The notes under the pieces: generated by a model
Database searches by the model: none
What the model was told of the DNA's origin: nothing
Seen by the model: the letters and a program-made list of their open reading frames with translations, nothing else
Position numbers and translations under genes: made by a program
NCBI GenBank assembly: GCA_030141605.1
Contig: JAQGDQ010000402.1
Location: 62,001 to 126,000 of the forward strand
Direction of reading: 5' to 3'
DNA from: Tubiluchus corallicola
Lineage: Eukaryota; Animalia; Priapulida
Length of the DNA: 64,000 bases
In this document: positions 23,600 through 34,914 of the stretch, one piece after another
Numbering within the stretch: the first letter of the stretch is position 1
How the letters are laid out: each line of letters begins with the position of its first letter

Positions 23600-26500
23600 G
23601 TAAGAATGGATTATGTTAAGATACTGTATCCAGTTATTACTACCTGTTGTACTTCCCAGTATTTTTTTCTTCTGTTGCTTTCATTTTTGGTTAAATTTTC
23701 CATTCCTTAGTTTCCTAAGGCAGCAAAGTATCTGGACACCCAGGTAATAATTATGGCAGTCAAGCATGATTAAATGGAAAAACCACTTTTTGCTGCTTTT
23801 ATATGAAAGGCAACATTGGTGGCATTATTTTGTTCTTTTTTTGTATAAATGAAAAAAGTAAGTCTTCAAGAGGAGCATTTATGTCTCTGTTACAAATGCA
23901 TAGTAAAATTTGGAATAGTTGGAAAGGTTTTCTCTTAGTAACTTAGTTAAAGATGCTGATTAGAAATTCTACTTACAAAACCCTAACATTGTGCTAAAGT
24001 TGGTCGCTGTAGCAAAAAATTGGTTTGTAACTTTGCATACATTAGTAAAGAAGTCTGAGAACAACTCTTATTGATAATACACAAATCAGATTATTGTATA
24101 CTAATGCTTGAATAAGGCAGATATAGAACATGTTTTCAATGCAGAGAAATGCTCCAGAATGATGGCACACAGATGACGAAAGGGAATTCTATTCATACAT
24201 GAATTAGATTTCCTAGGAAGCAGTCACAGTCATATTTAAGAAGCTGTATTCATATTGTAGAAAAGACTACTAATCTATCCTGTATTGGCACATATGAGTT
24301 GTCTTGTTTTAATTATAGTGCAAGGGAAACAGGAGATACTGCTAACTAATAAGAATCCCAAAATTAAAAAAAGCAGACATTTTGAACCACCACTGTGGTT
24401 TATTATAAAGAAAAAAGGGGAAATGATTAAATGGCAAAGCCTCTTCCCTTTTTTTCACCTGATGAAAAAGATAGAGGTGGTTTGAAATATCATGCTTTTC
24501 CCTTATTTGAAAAGCAGGACTTTTTATTATTTGTCACTATTTTTGTAATTACGAATTAAATTTGTGTTATGGAAAATACTGCTTTTTTTAGGATCACTCA
24601 CTTTATTACTTTTATTATTTTATCAGTCACTCCCAATAATATAATTCTTCAACTGTTTTTTGATTAGAAATTTTCTTGCAGAGTGAATCATTTTAATTTC
24701 AGTTTTCAGGGGGTTACTGATTACTATTATTATAATCTCGTCAGCAGCATTCTTCTTTATGCAATGTCTAGTGGCTTTTCGTGACACAGTTTTGTTTCTT
24801 TCCAAATAAATATGTCTGCACTCGCCTACGCTGCCGTACTTTGAATATTTGCCAATTCTGTACCAGTGGGTAGTGATTTGATGTGTGCCTGGCTACAATG
24901 TTTGTTGGTAAACAAAGCTTCCAAACAAAGACTTGATAATGCCAATGTTGGTGAAAATTGCTAAAAGGCCAGGATTCAATTTGTCAGTATTGTTACTGGC
25001 TTTTTTAATATTGTTTATTCCTAAGAAAAAATTGAAAAATGTACTGTATGTTTGATATCACAATTGGTTAAAATCACTTTTAATGGAACTGTTTCAATTT
25101 ATGAATTGCATTAGAGTTGGGTGTGTTTTCTGTTGATGTTTGGTAGAGCAGATTTGTGTTAATGTTTGCACAGTTACAGGTTCTTCAGTCATCGTCATCG
25201 AACTTTAATCTTTAGCAAGCATAACCTATTCCATTTCTGATATCATGTGTTTACGATTTTGATGCTTCTCATTTGAGCTTTTTTATGTTTGATGTTATTT
25301 TAAGAGGCAATATTAGATGTGTGGTTACTGTATTATATTGCCATTGTGTGAAAGAACACATTTTCATTTAAGGTCAAGCTGTTACACTATAAAAATAGTT
25401 CAGGCATGTTTAGGTAGGTTTTGCAAGAAAACTTAGAGTTTAAATGCTCATAGCATCTTTTCTAATTGTTTAACCAAGGGCCAGGACAACGTTGATTTGT
25501 GCTTTTGTAACATATGAACTCACTGCTGAATTTAATGTCAACTGGCAGGAGGGTGGCACTGACAGAATAGTGGCATAGAAGTTCAAATGAGCAAAATGTA
25601 CATGAATGTTGATTAAAACACCTTTTCTTGATCATGAAAAACTAACAAATTGAGATTCGTGTTTCCTGTTGTCTAGGTGGCTGCTAGCGATGCCGGCATC
25701 GAATAACATCGATCTGCCATTGTGGACTTGGGAATTGGTTGAGCATAAACTATTGAGATTTGAAAGCAGTTTTGTGGAGGACATGAGACCGGAATCGAAT
25801 CAGCGTTGTATGAGAGAGGCTTCCTTTTTTAAGCAAGGTGATTCAAAATACATTTCTTAGATCACTAATCCATAAGCAGCATTGCATGTTAAACTTTGCC
25901 TAAGCTTATCAACCGAGTTTGGTCATACAATCTTAAAAACTGCAGATTGGTAGTTATGCGCTTTAACACATTGCAAGCCGAAATCCAGTATTAAGCGACA
26001 AGGCCTACGCACTGCTATGCTTGTGGCCATGACCGAATTTATTATCAACGATGTCCCTCTTACACAAGCTACTTGAACCAGCAGAGGCTTGTCAGCCACT
26101 TTCAGATGCATATCCATCCTCCCTCTGCAAGATTAACAACAGCGAGGATCAATAATGTGAATGAAAATTCTCAGAGCGAGTATCGAACCCAGGTGATTTT
26201 TAGTCATTCACACAGCAAAGATTATAGATATATTCACATAGCAAAGCATCCACCTGCCGACTCGGCTATTATGTTAATCCACTAAAGAAACTCACAAAGA
26301 ATTATTTAATATGTTCCAGTAACTATATTACTTGTTACATGGTTAAATTATGCAAATCAGTGTTACATTTAAAATAAGATTTTCTTGCTGATTGGAACTT
26401 TGCTAAATCACCATCAAGATTATTGTGGGTGATTGTTGTTTCAGAAACTGCTTATAAAAAAACTGTGAGTTTTCAGATGAGTGTCATAACCTTTAGTAAT

Positions 26501-28110
26501 TACTGTTACTGCATGCAAGTGCTGGTGACTGTTATTGCAACATTGTCATATTGTCTTAGTACAAACTGATAGTACAAATTGTTACTATCTCATTTCAGTG
26601 TAATAAAAGTGAATAATACAAGTGAAGAAAATTTAAAATTGATGTTTTGTGGGTAAATGGTAAAAAAATCAATCATTGTGTGCAGCTTTGGAACTACAGC
26701 ACTTCAATGGCGTGTCTGTTGGTTGATTATGAAGTCATATTGTTTATGCCAACTCATTATAACATGTGTTAACTCAGCACAGCAGTCATTTTACTGTGCG
26801 TGCAATGTATCTGTATAACCCATTTCTAAGTGTTATTTGGATCCAGGGTTTATGTGCTCATTCTATTTGGGATGGTTGTCTCATCTTTGATCCGATAATC
26901 GTATGGTCAGGTTACTATACTGTCCTTGCTCTTTAGTTACTGTGTCTCTTATCTCTACTCTAAATTGTATGACCTGACTGTTTTGGCTACTCAATCAACC
27001 CTTCAGTCAGATTTGTACTTTGAACTTGCTTCATAGGTAGAGGGTGGCTAGTTAGTTTTGTGGCACAGTATGTGTTGGTTGCAAATGGACACCCATTTGG
27101 AATTCGTGTGAAATTAGTGTTTTATTTCATGGCTGAGTTTCATGTAATGTGATTTTTCGGCTGCCGAAAAAGGCAGGAATGTTTAACTGGTGGCATTAAA
27201 AATTGCTGTCGACACCCCCTGGCAGAACGGTTCAAATTCACTGAGATTAATGTGTGTGTACATAAATCAAAGGTTGGGTAGGCCTCCATTTCTGTTTTTC
27301 TACAATATTTGCAAACGTCAGCTATTAACAGCAAAAGAGGCACATAAAACTTGGGAGACGGAAGGTAAGTGCTTTAATAATTCAGTATTTTTTTGTATGG
27401 GTCTACTAAAAATGGTGTATTGTTTCCTTATGCCTTGATTTAATCATTGGTTTTATGGCTGCTATTTTACAGGTTATGTTTAAAATTCTTAAGTACTGCA
27501 AATCTGTGTAAGACAAGAAGGAAAGAAAGCAGTAAATTTAAAAGAGCTTTCTGCTGCAACTGGAGCTAACTGCTAGTTCACAAGTGTTTATGTAATAGTA
27601 CTTAGTAAATATTAAGTACAAAGTTTTGTATGAGATATGTTTTGGGTAATTATTCTGTTTTCAGATGAAAATTGTGAGTTGCTCAAAATTTTATAATCCC
27701 AGCCTGTACAAAGATATATGGTGTTTATAGGTCCAGAGTAGGGTTATATTATAGACCTTTGCATATATGCAAATGCATGCAAGTGCCTGTTTATTCTGCG
27801 AGTCTGTCAAAACAATAATAGTTGATGGGTCACTTTACTAAAAACCACCATGTGTGCATTTTTTAATCAAAAGGTAAGTGATTTGGTGTTTCACTACTCT
27901 CTGTTTAGAATAAGAATAAGTAGATGCATTGTATAAAGTACCATGTTTTATACAAACATTTTATTTCAACAAACAAATATTTACTTGACATGCCTTAGCA
28001 ACAGTATTAGTCTACTGTTAATTAAATACTGCAGGATTGTGCCTGCAACAGAAAATGCTAATAAATGCTGAGTCCTCTTGTGCAATTTAACCACAATAAC
28101 GTAACAGAAT

Positions 28111-31100
28111 TTACAATTCACTTCTCTTCCTGTAGCGTATAACAGGCTTTACAGGTGTGTGGATCATAGTGTTAAAATTTATCGGTGGAAAATGACCGTC
28201 AACCAATTCAAACTCGTATTTGCGTAAAAGCACTGACCAAATCGCTTTGATCTGAACAAAGGCAAAATATTCTCCAATGCATCTGTGTCGTCCAGCTCCA
28301 AATGGAACAAACTTAAACTTGTCCGTACTCATGGATATGTCAAGAAATCTGTCAGGGTTAAATTCTTCGGCATCTGGTCCCCAAGTATCTTTAATACGGT
28401 GGTTAACAGGTGGAGAAACGCACACCTGAAAAAAAAACTTTTCATGCTCAGAAGTTTTAAAAAAAGTCGCTTTACATTTTTCAAAAAATTATGTTGAGAA
28501 TAATGGACTTTTCTGTTTTAAGGGCAGTAGTATAGTTCAAGGTATGCCCAATGCACCAGACAGAAAGAATGATTCACACAGTGTACTAGAGTCGTGTCTT
28601 AAGATAAAGTGCACAGTATAATATTAAATAAAAACCATGTTCTTAAAAAACTCATAAATTTATTTGCACAGTCACGTCTTTCAACGTGCTTGATATTTCT
28701 CAGACATACCATTGGCATATATAAAGTTTTCAATAAGGAAACAAGCGCATCAGCCTTATCACTAAGCATCTTAAGTGAAATATTGCAGAAAAGTAGCACT
28801 TTGGCATGCACATTTGGGTAAACAACGGGTCATCAACATGTTCAACATGAATAAATTGTAAATAAACACAATAGAATGTTGGGACTATTTCACTGCTAGG
28901 AAACCTCATATTTGGGTGTAAAAGCTACAAGGCAGGTACTAACTATGTTTTTCCTTAAGGATTCCTCGTTGTTTCTAGTTTCGGTGAGTTTTTGAGAACC
29001 CTATCAACTTATTCTGACAGTGTATATAAATTTCATGTCCTATGGAATAGTAACTATCAGTTTGTCCCAAAAATATATACCTGATGTCCTGGAGGAATGG
29101 TGAATCCAAGTATTTGCAGTGGTCTTTTACAAAGTCTCATCATTGTCATTAGCGGTGGTCGCATTCGAAGTGTTTCCTTTACACAACGATCGAGCAAATT
29201 CATGTTTTTCAAGTGGTCATAATTGAGAGGTGCATCTTTTGGCCAAACACGCCTCTGCTCCTCGTATAGGTCTTGCTGCAAAAAGAGTAAATTTTTCTAG
29301 TGTTTTGAAATAACTGGTCCTTTTCTTCAGTGTTAGCTTAAATGACTACACAATGCTACCTTCACGTATGTGAGTCAGGGATGAGAATGACAAATTGCAA
29401 AAAACTCTGAAACAGGCCGGGGGTTTGGGGGCTGCGTAGGCCCCCCATGGCAAAGTCCCCTTGGAGCCAACAACAAATTGCAATTTTGTGACCATAGAGA
29501 GCCTCTAAATGGACTTAAAATATCAGTTACCTTGTTTCATGCACAATTTAAAATACCCAACTACCAAGGATACATGATACCTAATTGTCTCAAAAACGCC
29601 TAAGTACTGGCCGCTCCTATGCAAAAGTATATAAAAACTGTCTGCAATTGACTCAAATAACTCCGCACAATTGACTCTATATTTTTATACATAGAGATAT
29701 TCACGTGGTTACACTGATGTACGTGATGTAAACAAAGTGGCGGCCTGCCAACTAGTGGTCAGCTTGTGAAATAATGTACTGGGTCCATAAAAATTTTCTC
29801 AACGAATTTACGCGATTTACAAAAATGGCACTACTGGTCTTCCAAAAACTCGGAATTCCGCGTATCCGCAGAAAATGCTCATCCCTGATGTGAGTAAAAC
29901 GTTATATGCAAGTGCAACCACTAACCAGCCAAACATTTAGCGCATACATAATAACACATACATTTAATATATGAACCGTGTTTTTAAAAAATGAGACCTA
30001 ATGGATGCCCATTAGTTATTTTTTGCTCTTGTCATGTTTTAGAAACACATGGTTATGAATGCATTTTATGGTAATCACTGGCTGATCAAAGGACTGCAGT
30101 TCACTGCCCATATTAATTGCATTGTGAAAATGCATAAAACCTTTCGTATGCAATATATTGCAATGTATTATGTCAATCCATAGTGCCAAAATACTAGCTA
30201 AATCTACCTTCCCACACATTTGATATGTGAATTATTCTGCAGCTTTGAAAAAGAAAACTGGCTGTACGTACTATTTACAAAAATCTATGGCAAAAATGTC
30301 AGAGATTAAAGATTTTCTTTATCATAGTCAACTTCAGTACTACCTGAATGTGTTTATTTTTTGCCAAGAAAAAGCCCATCCATGCACTCGTTGTGGAAGA
30401 GGTGTGTTGCCCAGCCATCAGAAGTCCAATCAACATTCCCACTACTTCTTTGTCGGTTAGGTGTTCTCCATTCTTGTATGTGGAGTCAATGAGGGTCTGT
30501 AACATGTCATCTTGTGGCTCAGACTGCCTTCTTTTCTGGACAACCTAAAATTGAAGAGCTCACATATAACCAGTTATGCAACTTTAAGAGTATACCCTAG
30601 CACCAATAATAAGAACTTTAAGCAAAAGACGAACCCTTTAATCACATTCAACATCCTTTTTCACGTGCTTAGAAATGATACAGTGTGACAACGTACTACG
30701 TGAACTCATTTATGTATATCGTCAATAAATCCAGCTGATTATTGCAACCACCTAATTAGAAAGGACTAATTTTTAATGTTGCAGTACTACGTGAACTCAT
30801 TTATGTATATCGTCAATAAATCCAGCTGATTATTGCAACTACCTAATTAGAAAGGACTAATTTTTAATGTTCTACTGAATGTAAAGTTCATTCTAAGTCA
30901 GTTCTACATTTTTGCCATCATATGTAATATGATTATAACTGATATAAAAATCTTTAAAACAATGTTTTTGTATCTAAGCCTCATTGGACTTATTAATGAA
31001 GCTCACAAGTTTTCAGCCTATTTTTGTCTGTGCCAAATATTCTTACCTTGCCCTATTTCAATTCATATATTATGAAATTATACCAAATCTTAAAACCTGT

Positions 31101-32485
31101 TTTCAAATTCACAAATGACTGACAAATAAAATGTAATATGTCTTAATTTTGAAATATTTATGCACTATAGTTTTTAATATCAAAAGTTTTAAATCCGAAC
31201 CTGTATGAATATGCGCTGCATTTCAGCATTTGCTTTGTCGCGTTTGATGAAGCTGGGAAACGGAATCCATCCAGGCAACAGCCAAGCTGCATGGGTAAAT
31301 CCGCCATCGAGGTCCTGATATAACTTGGCAATCTTATTACTCTCATTTAGTAACATCCGAATTTCTGGCCCATGTAAACAGTGTGAAGATGTGAGAATTA
31401 TCAGCTGTGACAGAGCTTCAAACTGTGAAAAAAGGCAGAAAATCAAGAGAATTTTAAGCTGCATTTTAAGATTGAAGCCTGCACACTAGATGATGTGTGA
31501 GTGAAAGTTGTCATTTGTTTTCTTTTCCAGTTCAGGCTATGCTCTTATATTATATCATTTTTAAGGTTTAATGCATTAGACCTAGCTTACAGAAGTTAAG
31601 TAATTTCACTTACTAAATCCTTTTCCCCAGCATCTTTCCAAGATTTGAAGTATTCTCTTGTTTCTTGCTCAATAATAGGCACATGTATGCGAAACCTAGC
31701 TATGTTCAACCCTGTCTTGAAAATCTTCTTTTGTTCCATGAATCTCTGAAATGATTAATGCCTTTAATTTAGTTCAAGGTATTTATATCATCAAGTTTCT
31801 GAGCTGCAAATACAAAAAAGAGCAAAAAACAAAAATACCACTTGAAGGTTACAAAAGACATTTTATGGTTCTTATTTCATTTGCCTTATATGTGGATGCT
31901 TTATAATTGCTTTCATTGGTTACCTAAGACTGAAATACCAGTAATTTTTCCGCATTCAACAAGGCCTGGCTTTGTCATATTGCCTTTATATTATATATGC
32001 AAAAGGACGATACGTTTCACTGCAAATACAACTCTGTGGGCAGAATGATTTGATTAGTTATGTGATCTTACCGCATTTGGCACATCATATGCTACACCTT
32101 CTCCAAAAACTGGTGTTGTCAACTTGCTGTAGACCTCCTCAGCATTTAGATCCTCGTTCTTGCTGTTGAAGAACAAGGTTGACGCCTCCGTTCCGAGGAG
32201 GTATGTGAACGTCTGCCCTACCATTGTGAATGAAAACACTGGACCATACTTCTCGTAAGCGTTCAACAAAAATGAGATAGGCGAGGCACCAAAAGCCAAG
32301 GCATGCCCAAGGAAGGGTACGGTGTGTGGTATTACAGGTGGGTAAACGGCGTCCATAGTTTCATGTTTCACATTTTCAGCGTTCTCAAAAGTCCTCCTCA
32401 CATACAAGGCAAGGCTAAGGACAGCAGTAGCTGTAACTAATCCAAGGGTGACAGTGGAATCTTCTTGAGCTACTACAGACTCCAT
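28111..32485 (-). CDS. CYP51: Sterol (lanosterol) 14-alpha demethylase, cytochrome P450 family 51 (492 aa, 6 coding exons)
   Basis: Exons 32485-32072, 31745-31614, 31422-31201, 30544-30344, 29275-29081, 28425-28111 (1479 nt, all introns phase 0). Motifs: N-terminal [63 protein letters not shown] on minus strand at ~27960-27965. 5'UTR acceptor at 32552/32553 and upstream donor at 33491 or 33496. Confidence 0.97.
29376..29887. mobile_element. hAT-type MITE in a CYP51 intron, perfect 8-bp TSD
   Basis: TSD ATGTGAGT at 29368-29375 and 29888-29895; TIRs CAGGGATGAGAAT / ATGCTCATCCCTG. Confidence 0.9.
30693..30871. repeat. Near-perfect tandem duplication (91-bp period) in a CYP51 intron
   Basis: GTACTACGTGAACTC...TTTTTAATGTT at 30693-30780 and 30784-30871, one visible mismatch. 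Confidence 0.95.
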
Positions 32486-33490
32486 CTTCTCACTTTACGA
32501 GGATGCTGTAACGAGGATACAATACTTCTCCTGTAATGAGGATGTGCTCGTGCTACAAACAAAATTAATGTAAACCATTACGAACTAGTTCAGGAACATT
32601 GGTCTTGTTGAATCTCCTCTAAAAAGGAATTAGTTTGCAGGGTAAGTTAGTTTGCTGGGGAAAATTCATACATCCATTCTAACTGAGTTAAGTTCTGTGG
32701 TTGTTTCAAAATTATCAAGTTTGCCTGCTACTGTTACTGTATTTATTTGCACTGTAGCATTAGTGAATTTGAAGCATAAAGATGGGTTATTTGTGTTTTC
32801 ATGACTAGACGTATTACAATTATGTAATCAAATTTTTCTCATTTATGTAACAACAATAATCTGCAGTTTCATCTTGTGAAATTGCCAATAATTGTGTATT
32901 TAAAAACATTATATTACAAGGAAGCATAATTTACAATTTATTATTTATAATATACATTGAGCTCTGTGATGAAAGAAAGAATTAATATATTTAATATTAA
33001 CAGCAGTGATTATTTATGATAAAAATTGGGATTTAGAACAAAACGATATAACATCGTTTGCATTTCATAATTGCAGCTAATTTTACAACATTATAATTCG
33101 TAAATTCATTCAACGTTAATATTTCTTGAATTGTTATTTCATTTTGTGCAACTTCCTTCCCAATAATTGCAAAGTTATTAATAATATAATTTTAATACAG
33201 TTAGCCAGTCTGTATGAAGTCTGATATTAATTGTGACCAGAACAATTTAAAATTCATTTATCTGTAAAGGTATATCAAATTTTGGAAACAAAAATTTGTG
33301 TTTTTAAAAAGTCTAAAAAAATGCTGATTTGAAGGTGTGTGAATTTTTAAGAACATATGCGCATGGAAGCTCTATTATCAACCCTCTTTTCACATTGAAC
33401 TAACCGAACGTCTATCGGCAGATTTGACCGAAACCGGGCAACTAAACACCGTTTTAAGTAAATGTAATAAGAAAATCTAACAATTTTTAC

Positions 33491-33670
33491 CTTACTTGTT
33501 GCTGTAGCACGTGACACATAGAAATGAGCCCACTCCTCTTGTTATCACCATTTGCTATCCGGTCTGTTGTGAACTGTGAAGCTCAATGTTTCTGTGCTCA
33601 TGCCACCGCTTAACAACCAATCAGCGGTGGCGCATCTACTCAATCAGCTGTGCAATGGGGCTCGCGATGT
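33491..33670 (-). promoter_or_regulatory. Putative CYP51 non-coding first exon and proximal promoter
   Basis: Minus-strand donor(s) at 33491/33496; E-box CACGTG 33508-33513; NF-Y consensus AACCAATCAG 33615-33624 inside the inverted repeat GCCACCGCT..AGCGGTGGC; locally GC/CpG-enriched. Confidence 0.55.
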
Positions 33671-34914
33671 TCGATAACCTTGTGTTATGTAACATTTGCC
33701 TTTGATCACTATAGCCTTGAGGCATATGTAGAGGCATTAAACAAGGCTAACTTCGCTTTTATTTCTTAGGATTATCCAGGGTGGTGCCTTGGTGAAACTG
33801 CTGCAGTCAAAAGCTGTTTTATTTTATTACCCTTTGGCCTTTGTTAATGTATAGGCGGTGGCAATACTACTCGAAATACTCTTTGCAAATTTTTAAACTT
33901 TATATTTTAAAACATGAGAGTAAATAATTGCATTTTATTCACTATGCGCTGTTGGACTAAAATTTCACATAGCTAAAATTTCGAAAAACTTGTCAAAACT
34001 AGTATTTGAGCTTTGAATTTTTCTCCTCTTTCAGTTATTTCTAGATAAGCATTTTCGTCAGACCATTTAACAGTGATTGGTATTTAAATCACTATTGTTT
34101 GTTTTTATTTGTTTATTTTAATTTTGTTGCAAAATTACCGCCAACAAGAACATCCATTGTTATAATTATGTTGACCGTTCCCTAACTTAGCTGCAAACAA
34201 AGAAGCAAGGATACGGAGCCTCAATTATGTAATCCACAGATTTCTGTAACAGTTTCCTTTGTCTTGAATCTTTTGGATGAATTGATTATATATTCAGTCA
34301 CACTGGGGAATTAGAGAGTCTCATAAAGACTTCAGCTTATCATTTTAATTACACGTTTCTGTAATGGGTTTGTTCTTTGCAAGGGACTGTTCTTTGCCCA
34401 CTGTCTTAAGTATGTGCTCTGGCTTTTAATATTATATACAATATCACAAGTTAGTTGCCTGTTGGTTACTTGCTAATTTAAGCTAAATTGTTTATGCTTG
34501 TATACTGGCAGTAAAGTCATACTTAATTGGTATGACTGATTGGAAGAAATTTAATTACAATTGCCAAGTGCTGATTTATTATTTCTTTTCAATTAACTGA
34601 CTTATACATGAAGACCAAATTGCGTATAGGGATTTATAAGTTACTTATGATACACTTACATCAGAAACACTGTAGTTTTTTTAAACACAGTAATAAATAC
34701 CTGTGTTTACTACTGCATTCATGGCTGTTCTGGTTTGTATAATAATAAAGTACAGTCAGCGTCAGCACAGGCAGTATAAAATTATTTAATCAGTTTTAAT
34801 TCTGTTAAAAACTTTTACATTTGTATAGATTTGTGACATTTCTTTTTTCTGTATTGTCAGCATTACAGTTTTTATCAGTGTTTCGATATAATCGTATTTT
34901 TTTATTTTTTTTAG

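Noticed and set aside
23979-23987. AACCCTAAC, telomerase-template-like 9-mer
   Set aside because: Expected by chance; no pseudoknot or H/ACA domain recognised.
24848-24912. Imperfect hairpin (TTTGCCAA..TTGGTAAA) as H/ACA snoRNA or miRNA
   Set aside because: No convincing second hairpin or ACA box; too many mismatches for a pre-miRNA.
26903-26981. Stem GGTCAGGTTA / TGACCTGACT
   Set aside because: Loop of ~50 nt and no recognisable RNA family.
33655-33688. Alternative SOAT start exon MGLAMFDNLVL (phase 1)
   Set aside because: Very weak donor (TAT|GTAACA); disfavoured but not excluded, and would give a head-to-head model.
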